Of a stretch of DNA of 64,000 nucleotides, positions 29,904 through 40,286 are shown one piece after another. How positions within the stretch are numbered: position 1 is the stretch's first letter; each line of letters starts with the position of its first letter. The translations under genes were made by a program, and so were the position numbers. This stretch comes from an uncultured Clostridia bacterium. GTDB taxonomy: Bacteria; Bacillota; Clostridia; TANB77; CAG-465. Below the pieces are notes generated by a model. The model had not been told where the DNA came from. It was given only the letters and a program-made list of their open reading frames with translations, and did not search any database. Location of the stretch: NCBI GenBank assembly GCA_947632225.1, contig CANROM010000001.1, positions 2,261 through 66,260 of the forward strand. Reading direction: 5' to 3'.

Positions 29904-31214
29904 TTATTTCTTTTTTATATGTTCTAGGAATACTTTAATAAACTCTTCATTTGTTTTAGTTTTTATCAAAATATTCATGATTTTCTCAACCATTTCAGCA
30001 TTAGATGTTGCTTGTGATAATAATCTTCTAACATATATTGAGCATTCTTGCTCTTTTGGAGTATATAATAAATCTTCTCTTCTTGTACTTGATTTATTTA
30101 TATCAATAGCAGGATATATTCTTCTTTCTGAAAGTTTTCTATCTAAGAATACTTCCATATTTCCTGTTCCTTTAAACTCTTCAAATATCATATCATCCAT
30201 TCTGCTACCAGTTTCTACCAATGTTGTAGCAAGAATTGTAAGACTACCACCATTTTCTATATTTCTTGCAGCTCCAAAGAATTTCTTTGGGAAGTGTAAA
30301 GATGCTGGGTCTAGTCCACCTGATAATGTTTTTCCACTAGGCTCTACTTCTAGGTTACTAGCTCTTGTTAGTCTTGTTAAGCTATCTAGTAATATTACAA
30401 CATCTTGATTGTGCTCTACTAATCTTTTTGCACGTTCAAGTACCATTTTTGATACCTTTATGTGATGCTCTGGTGACTCATCAAAAGTTGAATGTATTAC
30501 CTCAGCATCAATAGAACGCTCTATATCTGTTACTTCTTCTGGTCTTTCGTCTATTAAAAGTACCATAAGCTTAACTTCTGGATTATTCTTTAATATTCCG
30601 TTTGCTATCTGCTTTAGTAAAGTTGTTTTTCCTGCTTTAGGCTGTGCAACAATTAGTCCACGCTGTCCTTTTCCTATAGGAGCAAGTAAATCTATGATAC
30701 GTGTTGCATACTCTTTTGTATCATATTCAAGCTTTAATCTCTCATTAGGATATATTGGTATAAGTGTATCAAAAGATCTTCTTTTAATTGCTAGCTCCAC
30801 TCTATCATCATTTATAGCATCAACATAAATTAAAGATGGAAATTTGTTTTGTGGATCTGTTGTAAATCTAGCAATTCCTTTTAACTTATCTCCAGTTGCA
30901 AGCTTAAATCTTCTAATTTGCACTTGTGATACGTACACATCTTTATTTCCTGGAAGGTAGTTATCACTACGTAAAAATCCATATCCATCAGGCATAACTT
31001 CAAGTATTCCCTCTGTTATATAGTCTGTTTCTGGATTTTCTATTTGTATATTTACTTTATCTTCTAACTCGTTACTATCTTGCAAGTTTTTGATGATTTC
31101 TTCTACTAAATATTCCTTCTTTAGTCTTTGATATCCTTCTAACTTTAAGCTTTCAGCTACTTGTCTAAGTTCAGATAATGTTGCCTTCTTTAAAGTTTCT
31201 TTAGTATACATCAT
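29904..31214 (-). CDS. rho: Transcription termination factor Rho.
   Basis: N-terminal RNA-binding OB domain and a RecA-type ATPase (GQRGLIVAQPKAGKTTLL). Confidence 0.95.
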   Translation of the reverse strand: MMYTKETLKKATLSELRQVAESLKLEGYQRLKKEYLVEEIIKNLQDSNELEDKVNIQIENPETDYITEGILEVMPDGYGFLRSDNYLPGNKDVYVSQVQIRRFKLATGDKLKGIARFTTDPQNKFPSLIYVDAINDDRVELAIKRRSFDTLIPIYPNERLKLEYDTKEYATRIIDLLAPIGKGQRGLIVAQPKAGKTTLLKQIANGILKNNPEVKLMVLLIDERPEEVTDIERSIDAEVIHSTFDESPEHHIKVSKMVLERAKRLVEHNQDVVILLDSLTRLTRASNLEVEPSGKTLSGGLDPASLHFPKKFFGAARNIENGGSLTILATTLVETGSRMDDMIFEEFKGTGNMEVFLDRKLSERRIYPAIDINKSSTRREDLLYTPKEQECSIYVRRLLSQATSNAEMVEKIMNILIKTKTNEEFIKVFLEHIKKK

Positions 31215-31221
31215 ATACCTC

Positions 31222-32556
31222 CTATTCTATTATTTTAGCATATAAGTCATAATTATCACAATCTATTATTTTTACTTTAGCATAGTCACCTACAATTACT
31301 TTTTCTGCACTTTCATCATCTATTTTAATATATATTCTTCCATCAACATCAGGAGCTTCAAGCATTGACCTACATAAAAAATACTCTTCATCTTCTGATA
31401 TATCCTCTACAATAACCTCGTATTCTTTTCCAATTCTCTCTTTATTCTTTTGTAAAGATATATCTTTTTGAACATCAAAAAGCTTCTTTAGCCTTTCTTC
31501 TTTTACATTCTCATCTATTTGATTTTCAAACTCAGCACTTTCTGTATCTTCTTCTCTAGAGTACGTAAAAGCACCAAGTCTATCAAACTTAATTTCCTTT
31601 ATTCCTTCTATTAACTCGTCAAATTGCTCTTGTGTCTCTCCTGGGAATCCAACTATACATGTTGTTCTAAGTATGGCATCTGGTACCATACTTCTTATCT
31701 TCTCTATTCGCTCTAATATTAGCTTTTTATTATCATGTCTATGCATGTCTTTTAAAAGTTTATCATTTAAATGTTGTATTGGTATGTCAAAATACTTACA
31801 AACTTTATCATTTTTTGCAATTTCCTCTATAAGCTCATCTGTTGTCTCAAACAAGTACATATATAATATTCTAATCCACTTTACACCTTCAATTTTACTC
31901 ATTTTTCTTAATAGTTCAGCAAGCTTTAACTCACCATATATATCAAGACCATATTTAGATGTATCTTGCGAAATTATACAAAATTCTTTAATACCTTGCT
32001 TTGCTAGTCCTTCAACTTCAGCTAGTATATCTTCTATTTTTCTACTTTTAAATTTTCCTCTTATTAATGGTATTGCACAATAACTACATCTATTATCACA
32101 ACCATCTGATATTCTTATATAAGCAAGTGGGTAGTTTGAAGAAATAACTCTATTATTAAAATCTAAATTATGAGTAAATTGACATTGATCTAATAATCTT
32201 TTTTGACTAAAAAATTCTGATAAAATTTGTGGTAAGCGTTCGTACTCGTCTACTCCAACACATAAATCTACTTCTGGCATAGTTTCTAGTATCTGAGCTT
32301 TATATCTTTTTGCTAAGCAACCTGTAACAATAAGTGCTTTACATTTTCCAAACTCTTTATAATCTGCCATCTCAAGTATTGTTTCAATAGCTTCTTCTTT
32401 TGCAGACTCAATAAATCCACAAGTGTTTACAACTATTATATCTGCTTCTTCTACCTGATTTACAATATTAAATCCTTGAGATTTAAAAACACCAAGTATC
32501 ATTTCACTGTCTACTTGATTTTTTGTACAGCCAAGAGTTACTAATCCTATATTCAT
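31222..32556 (-). CDS. rimO: Ribosomal protein S12 methylthiotransferase RimO (radical SAM, MiaB family).
   Basis: MTTase N-terminal domain (LGCTKNQVDSE), CxxxCxxC radical-SAM cluster, and a C-terminal TRAM domain. Confidence 0.9.
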   Translation of the reverse strand: MNIGLVTLGCTKNQVDSEMILGVFKSQGFNIVNQVEEADIIVVNTCGFIESAKEEAIETILEMADYKEFGKCKALIVTGCLAKRYKAQILETMPEVDLCVGVDEYERLPQILSEFFSQKRLLDQCQFTHNLDFNNRVISSNYPLAYIRISDGCDNRCSYCAIPLIRGKFKSRKIEDILAEVEGLAKQGIKEFCIISQDTSKYGLDIYGELKLAELLRKMSKIEGVKWIRILYMYLFETTDELIEEIAKNDKVCKYFDIPIQHLNDKLLKDMHRHDNKKLILERIEKIRSMVPDAILRTTCIVGFPGETQEQFDELIEGIKEIKFDRLGAFTYSREEDTESAEFENQIDENVKEERLKKLFDVQKDISLQKNKERIGKEYEVIVEDISEDEEYFLCRSMLEAPDVDGRIYIKIDDESAEKVIVGDYAKVKIIDCDNYDLYAKIIE

Positions 32557-32683
32557 CGTATTCCTCCTCGTTCAGTACAGATATCATTATACCATACATT
32601 TAACATAAAATAAAGGAATATTTACATTTTTTATACACTTTTAATGTAAATGAAAATATAAATCCTTGAATGATTTCAAGGAT

Positions 32684-33292
32684 CTATATTTTATAATAAA
32701 GCTCTAGTTTTTGTATCTCATGATTTTGTATTGTATCATTAGATTTATATGTAGAAAGCTCGTATTTTATTCCATATAACTTAAGTATTTCTACTAATAC
32801 TTCATAATAGTTAAAATATGTATTTTTTTCTTTAAGCATGTTATTTAAATTTTCTAATGTGTTTCTTCCAACAAAGTGATTGCTCCATACTATAGGTTGC
32901 ATATAATTTGCATATGACTCATTATATCCAAGTGATGATAGCTTTTCCTCATTTCCAAGACAAATATAATCATATATTCTTTTATTAAAACTATATTTTT
33001 CAAGTACAGCAATATCTTCTTTTGAAGTAACCATGAATGTATCTTGAGCAACTCTTTTAGCTATTTTTCTAATTATACTTTTATTTTCATGTAAATTTTC
33101 AAATTTAAAATATTCTGATGAAATAATGCAAATATTATTTATATCGTCTTGAATTACATCTATTTTAATACTTGACTGTTTGCTATCACATCTTGTATAG
33201 TTTAAATCTGTTAACATCTTATCTAGTTTTTCTACTATAAATTCTAAGCCTTGCGAATTAAAAACTATAATATTTGAAAATTCTTTATTCAT
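32684..33292 (-). CDS. Hypothetical protein immediately downstream of dpaB.
   Basis: The start is uncertain: MNKEFSNIIVF at 33292, or the ORF-track start at 33364 which overlaps dpaB. No recognisable domain. Confidence 0.45.
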   Translation of the reverse strand: MNKEFSNIIVFNSQGLEFIVEKLDKMLTDLNYTRCDSKQSSIKIDVIQDDINNICIISSEYFKFENLHENKSIIRKIAKRVAQDTFMVTSKEDIAVLEKYSFNKRIYDYICLGNEEKLSSLGYNESYANYMQPIVWSNHFVGRNTLENLNNMLKEKNTYFNYYEVLVEILKLYGIKYELSTYKSNDTIQNHEIQKLELYYKI

Positions 33293-33332
33293 TCTCTCAC
33301 CAATAAAAGTATATATGAGAATTGAAATTTTG

Positions 33333-33911
33333 TCAAACAAGCACCGGCTGTATTTGCTCTCCATTTAAAGCTAATTTAATTGTGTCAATAACTTTCGAAT
33401 AATCTAAAACTAATGACTTAGGCTTTTTCTCATAATCGTCTTGTGAAAATGGTACAAAGTAGAAGTTTTTGGTATCATAAAGCATACCAATATTTTTAAA
33501 ATTAGCTCCTAGTCCATCATTTGTTGATATTCCTATAACTACTGGCTTATTATTTCGTATATGCCCTTTTGTTGCAAGTAGTACTGCACTATCACTTATT
33601 CCATTTGCAAGTTTAGCAACACTATTTCCAGTACAAGGAACTATAACCATAACGTCTATCATATTTTTAGGGCCTATTGGCTCCGCATCAACAATATTGT
33701 CTATTATCTTTTCTCCTGTTTCCCTTTCAAGCATTTCTAAAAAATTATCTTTAACAAAAAATCTGGTATCGTATGTATTAGTAACTAGAGATACGATAGG
33801 AATTATCTTATTTACTTTTTCTTTTTTTAATGACTCGATTAAGCCTTTTATTCGTGGAAAATTACAAAATGATCCTGTTATTCCTAGTCCAATATTTAAA
33901 TCTTGTAACAT
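33333..33911 (-). CDS. dpaB: Dipicolinate synthase subunit B (SpoVFB, an HFCD-family flavoprotein).
   Basis: GLGITGSFCNF, AEPIGPK, PCTGNSVAKLANGISDS and PVVIGISTNDGLG motifs co-linear with B. subtilis DpaB. A possible sigma-K-type -10 (CATAgaaTA) lies upstream. No dpaA is adjacent. Confidence 0.8.
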   Translation of the reverse strand: MLQDLNIGLGITGSFCNFPRIKGLIESLKKEKVNKIIPIVSLVTNTYDTRFFVKDNFLEMLERETGEKIIDNIVDAEPIGPKNMIDVMVIVPCTGNSVAKLANGISDSAVLLATKGHIRNNKPVVIGISTNDGLGANFKNIGMLYDTKNFYFVPFSQDDYEKKPKSLVLDYSKVIDTIKLALNGEQIQPVLV

Positions 33912-33958
33912 ATTACACCTCCAATACTATATTCTATGAATACAGCTTAAAAGTGCAA

Positions 33959-33983
33959 CAAAAAAATAGCACCGAAGTGCTAT
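33959..33983 (-). terminator. Terminator after lexA.
   Basis: ATAGCAC-cgaa-GTGCTAT hairpin with a T7 run on the minus strand. Confidence 0.5.
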
Positions 33984-33989
33984 TTAAAT

Positions 33990-34601
33990 TTATTGAATTT
34001 TTCTAAATAAGCCTATAACTTTTCCTATTATTTGTACGTCTTTTACAATAATAGGTTCCATTGTATCGTTTTCTGGTTGTAATCTTATATGATCTTTTTC
34101 TTTATAAAAAGTCTTTACTGTTGCATCTCCATCAATCATAGCAACAACAATTTGACCATTTCTTGCTGTATCTTGCTTAGATACTATTATATAGTCTCCA
34201 TTATTTATTCCAGCATTTATCATGCTTTCGCCTTGTACTCTTAGTATAAAGTTATCATTTTGTAAAGAGTCTTTTGAGAAGAAACTCTCACCTATTGACA
34301 TATAATCTTCTATATTTTGTGTAGCAAGTATTGGTTCACCTGCTGCAACTTTACCTACAATTGGTACAGATATAGTTGATTCATTGCCAACAACTTTTAT
34401 AGCTCTAGTTTTTAAATCTCCTTTATCTATATATCCCTTTTCAGCTAGTCTCCATATATATTGGTGTGCTGAAGAAGTAGATTTAAATCCAAGAGCAGCA
34501 CATATTTCCCTTACAGATGGTGGATATCCAGTTTCTTTAATTTGTTTTTTTATATAATCTAGCACTCTTTGTTCTTGCACATTTAAAGTAGCTTCGTTCA
34601 T
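33990..34601 (-). CDS. lexA: LexA repressor.
   Basis: N-terminal wHTH domain. C-terminal S24 peptidase with the Ala-Gly cleavage site (VAAGEP) and the Ser/Lys dyad. Confidence 0.93.
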   Translation of the reverse strand: MNEATLNVQEQRVLDYIKKQIKETGYPPSVREICAALGFKSTSSAHQYIWRLAEKGYIDKGDLKTRAIKVVGNESTISVPIVGKVAAGEPILATQNIEDYMSIGESFFSKDSLQNDNFILRVQGESMINAGINNGDYIIVSKQDTARNGQIVVAMIDGDATVKTFYKEKDHIRLQPENDTMEPIIVKDVQIIGKVIGLFRKIQ

Positions 34602-34657
34602 AAATTACCTCCTAAAACTAATGTTTGTTTAATTGTATCATATATTTTAGGGGTTGT

Positions 34658-34671
34658 CAAACAAAAGTTCG
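34658..34671 (-). promoter_or_regulatory. LexA operator (Cheo-box-like) overlapping the lexA promoter.
   Basis: Minus strand CGAACTTTTGTTTG (GAAC-N4-GTTT) overlaps the TTGACA -35 element. A TACAAT -10 lies 17 nt downstream. Confidence 0.6.
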
Positions 34672-34725
34672 ATTTTTTTGTAATAAAAAAGCACAATACT
34701 TTTAAAGTATTATGCAATTTTTATT

Positions 34726-35808
34726 TTATTCATTTTCTTGTCCAAAGCATACGCCCATATCTTTAGCAGTTTTACACAAATCATTAGTGCTCATATCCAA
34801 AATTCTTGGTACTCTTTCTTTAGGGAAAGCCATTTTAACAACATTTCCACCTTTAATTCCAACTATATATCCTGGTTCGCCATGAACTAATAGTTGACAA
34901 GCAGCATTTCCAAGTCTTGCACCAAGTATTATATCTGAAGTAGTAGGCTCTCCACCTCTTTGAATATGTCCTAAAATTGTGGCTCTAGTTTCATATCCTG
35001 TTAATTGCTCTATTTCAGCAGCAAGTTTTTGTGATACACCACCGTATCTCTTTTGTTCAAAACTATCTTTAACAATTTGTGCAATAGTTTCTTCGCCACC
35101 TTTTTCTTTTGCTGCTTCAGAAATTGCTATAATAACATATCTTTTTCCTGAGTTCATTATCTCATTTACTTTATCACAAACAACTTTTAGACTGTAGTCT
35201 TGCTCTGGTAATAATATAATATCTGCTCCAGAAGCAAATCCAGCATAAAGAGTTAAGTATCCAGAGGTTCTACCCATAAGCTCTACTACCATTACTCTTC
35301 TATGTGAGTATGCAGTAGTTATTATCTTTCTAATAGCATCAACTGCTGCATCAATTGCTGTTTGGAAACCAATTGTTGGCTCAGATGCAGACATATCATT
35401 ATCTATTGTCTTTGGAATTCCTACTGTTGGCATACCATGCTCATATATAACTCTTGCTGAGTCAAGAGTTCCATCTCCACCTATAATAACCATTCCTTCA
35501 ACGTTTTGAGCTTTTAATTTTTCAATACCTTCATCTACTCTATCCTCAAACTCTCCAGTCTCTTTGTTATAATAGTGGAAAGGACATTCTTTATTTGATG
35601 AACCAAGCATAGTACCGCCTTTAATCTCAATGCTTCTTACAATTTCTGCATTAAGTGGCATATATCTTCCTTCAACAAATCCTATATAGCCATCCATAAC
35701 TCCTAAAACTTCAATTCCTTGTGTGTTTGCAGTCATTACTATAGATTTAATAGCACTGTTTAGTCCTGCACAGTCTCCACCTGCTGTCATAATTGCAATT
35801 TTTTTCAT
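34726..35808 (-). CDS. pfkA: 6-phosphofructokinase.
   Basis: IAIMTAGGDCAGLNSAI and IIGGDGTL motifs of the PFK-A family. Confidence 0.9.
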   Translation of the reverse strand: MKKIAIMTAGGDCAGLNSAIKSIVMTANTQGIEVLGVMDGYIGFVEGRYMPLNAEIVRSIEIKGGTMLGSSNKECPFHYYNKETGEFEDRVDEGIEKLKAQNVEGMVIIGGDGTLDSARVIYEHGMPTVGIPKTIDNDMSASEPTIGFQTAIDAAVDAIRKIITTAYSHRRVMVVELMGRTSGYLTLYAGFASGADIILLPEQDYSLKVVCDKVNEIMNSGKRYVIIAISEAAKEKGGEETIAQIVKDSFEQKRYGGVSQKLAAEIEQLTGYETRATILGHIQRGGEPTTSDIILGARLGNAACQLLVHGEPGYIVGIKGGNVVKMAFPKERVPRILDMSTNDLCKTAKDMGVCFGQENE

Positions 35809-35821
35809 AAAAAATCTCTCC

Positions 35822-37201
35822 TTACTTTAACTTATTTTTCTCTTCTATGCTCATTCTCTCAGTAGCATATGATTTTAAAATATTTGGTATTTTTTTTATC
35901 TTTTTCTTTTCAATAAGATACTCTAATGTGTCTTTAGGATTAACTTTGTATAGTTCTCTTAATACCCATCCAGTTGCCTTTTGATATAAATGAAATTCCT
36001 CAAAAAAGACATCATCTAATACTTTAAATACAGCTTCTTTTCTATTTGCTTTAGCTATATAAAGCAATGAAACAATTCCTATTCTTTTAGTCCATATTTT
36101 ACTAGATTTAGTATATTCACTTAGTACAGAATATATTTCATTATCTGATTTGTTAAGTAGCTGCTTACCAATACAAATTGGTGCACAGCTGTCAACTAAA
36201 TCCCAGTTGTTTATATACTCTATATTCTCATCTATAAACATTTTTATTTCATTACTATTTTTGCTATTTACCATGTCTGCAAGGCAGAACACAGCAAATC
36301 TTCTATAATCATGAATATTAGAGCTTATAATAAACTTTAGAGCGTCTTTCGAAATTACATTATACCACATTTTTTCTAATTTGCGAAGTGTTGGAACCCT
36401 AATTTTTAATAAAATATCTCCATTTCCATATCCATCAGGCTTAATTTGTAATATTTTACTTTCAAATTCTTCACTTGCCTCTTTAGGTAATTCCTCAATA
36501 TTTCTTATTACATTTAGCAAAACTAAATTATCTAGCATTTTAGAAGTATCACTAGTAATATATGCACCAACAACCGCACTGTCTACACCAGAGTTCACAT
36601 TTAATCTAAAATTATCACTATTTACTCCGCCATCAACTTGTATAAATTTGTCTTTATATTCTTTTCTTAATATTTCAAGCTTGTCTATAGTTGAAGGTAT
36701 AAATTTTTGTCCACCAAATCCAGGTTCTACTGACATAACTAGTATCTTGTCTATCTTATTTTTATATTTTTTTAATACATTTATATCTGTAGTTGGTTTT
36801 ATACAAATTCCAATTCTTAAATTTCCATTTAATTCTTTTTTCTTTTTTAAAAGATAGTCAATTGCATTATCTAAATTTTCTATCTCATAATGTATTGTTA
36901 TATCTGTACAGCCATATTCAATTGCTTTATCTATATATCCATCTTCTACAGGCTTATCCACCATAAAATGAGCATCAAAATAGTATCCATGCTCTTTTAC
37001 ACATTTCATATTTTCAAGTTCTACACCAGTATTTGGGACAAATTTATTATCCATAACATCAAAATGTATACTTGTATCCAAAATTTCTCTTTTTTTATTA
37101 CTTTTTATCACTTCTATATTTCTACTTAGTTCGTCTAAAAATTCAGATACATTTTTGACATTTAATATAGATATAGACAAATTTTTCATTTTTACCTCCA
37201 T
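35822..37201 (-). CDS. rpe: Ribulose-phosphate 3-epimerase fused in frame to a C-terminal DNA-alkylation-repair-like (AlkC/AlkD HEAT-repeat) domain.
   Basis: Residues about 8-225 carry the Rpe motifs HFDVMDNKFVPN and MSVEPGFGGQKFIP...QVDGG. Residues about 235-459 carry the NWDLVDSCAP...WVLRE pattern of the DNA_alkylation family. One continuous 459-aa ORF. Confidence 0.8.
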   Translation of the reverse strand: MEVKMKNLSISILNVKNVSEFLDELSRNIEVIKSNKKREILDTSIHFDVMDNKFVPNTGVELENMKCVKEHGYYFDAHFMVDKPVEDGYIDKAIEYGCTDITIHYEIENLDNAIDYLLKKKKELNGNLRIGICIKPTTDINVLKKYKNKIDKILVMSVEPGFGGQKFIPSTIDKLEILRKEYKDKFIQVDGGVNSDNFRLNVNSGVDSAVVGAYITSDTSKMLDNLVLLNVIRNIEELPKEASEEFESKILQIKPDGYGNGDILLKIRVPTLRKLEKMWYNVISKDALKFIISSNIHDYRRFAVFCLADMVNSKNSNEIKMFIDENIEYINNWDLVDSCAPICIGKQLLNKSDNEIYSVLSEYTKSSKIWTKRIGIVSLLYIAKANRKEAVFKVLDDVFFEEFHLYQKATGWVLRELYKVNPKDTLEYLIEKKKIKKIPNILKSYATERMSIEEKNKLK

Positions 37202-37302
37202 AAAATATCATTTTAATATTACTACACTTAATATATTATTTCAAGCTAAAAATTGAAAGTGATATAAAAAAGTAAAAGAAGATAGTATTACTATCTTCTG
37301 TA

Positions 37303-38208
37303 TTATTTATATCTTTTATCATAACGTTCTTTAAGCTGTGAATATATGTATACATATCGCTCATATCTGCCACTATCTATAATACCTGATTTAACATTTG
37401 CCTTTACTTTACATACATCATCTTTTTCTAATACATGCATGCAATCATCATAATCACATACAATATTTTTAAATTCTAGATAAAAATCTCTAAGTTTCTT
37501 ATGCTCTATATCATATAGCTCATAACTTGAAAAGCCTGGTGTATCTAGTATATACGTATTTTCATCTATATTGTACAAAGATACAGCTTTTGTAGTATGT
37601 TTTCCACGTCTACTTTTTTCTCCTAAATTTCCAATTTCTAATTTTGTTTCATCTCCTAGTATTTCTTTTGTAATAGAAGTTTTTCCAACGCCAGAATTTC
37701 CAGAAAAAGCAGAAGTTTTGCCAAGTAGTATTCTTTTTAGTTCATCTATTCCCTGCGCTGTTTTTGCACTTACAAATACTACTCTTATTCCTAAGCTTTC
37801 ATATACTTTTCTTATATACTCTATGTCATCATTTGCTTTTTTATCTTCTAGAGCCAAGTCTATCTTATTTACACATATAACTGGCTCTATATTTTTAGAT
37901 AGGCATAGTACAATCTGTTTATCTAATAATATATAATCTGGTGTAGGTGCACCAACAGAAATAACTATAATCATTTGATCAATATTACTAACAGGTGGTC
38001 TAATAAGAGAATTCTTTCTATTTCTTACATCTGTTATCATATAATCTTCATTTGCCTTTTCAACTGCAACTATATCGCCAACTAAAATATTGCTTTTTTT
38101 CTTAGCATTACCTCTTAGCTTAGCAGTTATTATCTCTTTGGTATTTACAACACATAGTATATATATATCTAAATCTATTTTTATTACTTTTGCTATTATT
38201 TTATCCAT
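37303..38208 (-). CDS. rsgA: Ribosome small-subunit-dependent GTPase A (RsgA/YloQ).
   Basis: Circularly permuted GTPase (GNSGVGKTS...DTPGF) and a C-terminal zinc-binding Cys/His cluster. Start at MDKIIAK with an AGGAG RBS. Confidence 0.9.
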   Translation of the reverse strand: MDKIIAKVIKIDLDIYILCVVNTKEIITAKLRGNAKKKSNILVGDIVAVEKANEDYMITDVRNRKNSLIRPPVSNIDQMIIVISVGAPTPDYILLDKQIVLCLSKNIEPVICVNKIDLALEDKKANDDIEYIRKVYESLGIRVVFVSAKTAQGIDELKRILLGKTSAFSGNSGVGKTSITKEILGDETKLEIGNLGEKSRRGKHTTKAVSLYNIDENTYILDTPGFSSYELYDIEHKKLRDFYLEFKNIVCDYDDCMHVLEKDDVCKVKANVKSGIIDSGRYERYVYIYSQLKERYDKRYK

Positions 38209-38299
38209 ACACGCTCCTAACATCTATATATTACTATAATTTTAAAATTATTTCAAGAAAAAAAGAAAAGCATTTAAAATGCTTCTCTTTAATTTCTTA

Positions 38300-40273
38300 T
38301 TATAAGCTTTCTTCTCCACTCTTAATAACTGAGCCATCTATACTTACAGAATAGCTTATTTTTTCATATCCACTTATAGTAAATGATATTTCACCTGTTT
38401 CACTATTATATGAGAACCTTGTACTATTTGATACTCCGCCATCTACACTAACTTTTACTTCAATAGCAGACTCTTGTGTACCTGCTGGTATACCATCAAT
38501 AGTTATAGTCTTACTAATTACTCTCCTATTTACTGTAAGTCTTATTAAGTCTCCCTCTTTAAGTACTGAGTTCTGAGGATATGACTGCTCAAGTACTGTT
38601 CCATTTAATTTTTCCTCATTTTCTCCGTAAGTTACTTCTACGACAAGCTTAGCATCTTCTAGTTGCTTTTTAGCTTCACTTATACTTTTTCCAACAACAT
38701 TTGGAACTATTACTTTTGCTTTTCCGTCACCAGAACTTACTTTTAATTTTATGATACTACCATATGGTCTTTCAACATCTTTATAATCTTGAGAGATAAC
38801 TATACCAGAAGCTACTGTATCTGATACAACATCTTCTTGCTCAACTATAAATCCTAATGTGTTTTCTAGTTGATACTTAGCAACTTTAATGTCACTTCCC
38901 TCAACACTCTTTACCATTACCATTTTAGTACCTTTACTTACTTCTACTTCAATTCTTTTACTAGTAGTCTTAGTTCCAGCTACAGGATTTTGTGTCATAA
39001 TTTGTCCTTCTTCATATTCAGAGTTATACTCACTTCCAACCTGCTCTACAATAATTCCTTTTTCTGCTAGTTCTTGAGTTATCTTTTCTATATCTTTACC
39101 AAGTATATCTGGTATTTCTATTTCTTCTTCTTTGTTATTATTTACCATTTTAGCTATAAAGTATGCTGAGAAAGAGCCAACTACTAGTATTAAAACTGCA
39201 AATACAGCTATAAGTATCTTTGTATTAGTAGTAATCTTTTTCTTTTTTGTTTCTGCTTTCTTTTCTTCTCTTTCTTCATCTTTTATTTCTCTTGCTGTAG
39301 GAATATATGCAGAACGCACACTACTTTGTCTTGTTCTAACATTTGGAACAACGTTTTCATCATCTACATCATTAAGTATAGGTATTACTTGTGTATCTCC
39401 AGCTTCAATTGAACTTTGTGGCCTTGCAACTAAACTAGTTGTTGGCTTTGAAAGTGCTATTGATATATCTGTTAAAAGTTCACTTGCTGTTTGATACCTA
39501 TTAGCTGTAGATTTTTCCATAGCCTTCATTATTATTTGATTTAATGCAGGACTTACATTTGGATTAACACTTCTTGGCTCCTCTGGTATCTCTTGTATAT
39601 GCTTTAAAGCAACAGATACTGCAGATTCAGCATCAAAAGGTAGTTTTCCAGTAGCCATTTCATACATTACAACACCTAAAGAATACAAGTCTGATTTTGC
39701 ATCTGTATAGCCACCTTTTGCATGCTCTGGTGAAAAGTAATGTACAGAGCCCATAGTATTTCCAAAGCTTGTAATTGTAGCAGAAGTAGCATTTGATACT
39801 TTAGCTATACCAAAGTCTGTTACTTTAGCTACTAAATTTTTATTTAACAATATATTTTGTGGTTTTATATCTCTATGAATTATATGAGCTTTATGTGCAG
39901 CTTCAAGAGCAGATGCTATTTGAGCTGCAATTTTTAAAGTTATATCACTAGGAAGTGCTCCCTTTTGTTGTATATAATCTTTTAGTGTATTACTATCTAA
40001 AAGCTCCATTACAATAAAGCTTATACCTTTATCTTCTCCAACATCAAATACAGATACTATATTTGGGTGAATAAGAGAAGCTGCACTTTGTGCCTCTGTT
40101 CTAAATCTTTTTACAAATACTTCATCTTTTGAGTATTCTTCTTTTAAGACTTTAACTGCTACGTATCTATTAAGCAAATTATCTCTAGCTTTAAATACGT
40201 AAGCCATTCCTCCTTCACCTATTTTTTCAATTATTTCGTATCTATTGGCAAGTATTTTACCTATTAGTTCCAT
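38300..40273 (-). CDS. prkC: Ser/Thr protein kinase PrkC with extracellular PASTA repeats.
   Basis: Hanks kinase motifs (VAVK, HRDIKPQN, DFG, SPE), a single TM helix, and three PASTA-like repeats. Confidence 0.93.
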   Translation of the reverse strand: MELIGKILANRYEIIEKIGEGGMAYVFKARDNLLNRYVAVKVLKEEYSKDEVFVKRFRTEAQSAASLIHPNIVSVFDVGEDKGISFIVMELLDSNTLKDYIQQKGALPSDITLKIAAQIASALEAAHKAHIIHRDIKPQNILLNKNLVAKVTDFGIAKVSNATSATITSFGNTMGSVHYFSPEHAKGGYTDAKSDLYSLGVVMYEMATGKLPFDAESAVSVALKHIQEIPEEPRSVNPNVSPALNQIIMKAMEKSTANRYQTASELLTDISIALSKPTTSLVARPQSSIEAGDTQVIPILNDVDDENVVPNVRTRQSSVRSAYIPTAREIKDEEREEKKAETKKKKITTNTKILIAVFAVLILVVGSFSAYFIAKMVNNNKEEEIEIPDILGKDIEKITQELAEKGIIVEQVGSEYNSEYEEGQIMTQNPVAGTKTTSKRIEVEVSKGTKMVMVKSVEGSDIKVAKYQLENTLGFIVEQEDVVSDTVASGIVISQDYKDVERPYGSIIKLKVSSGDGKAKVIVPNVVGKSISEAKKQLEDAKLVVEVTYGENEEKLNGTVLEQSYPQNSVLKEGDLIRLTVNRRVISKTITIDGIPAGTQESAIEVKVSVDGGVSNSTRFSYNSETGEISFTISGYEKISYSVSIDGSVIKSGEESL

Positions 40274-40286
40274 AAATAACTCCCCT

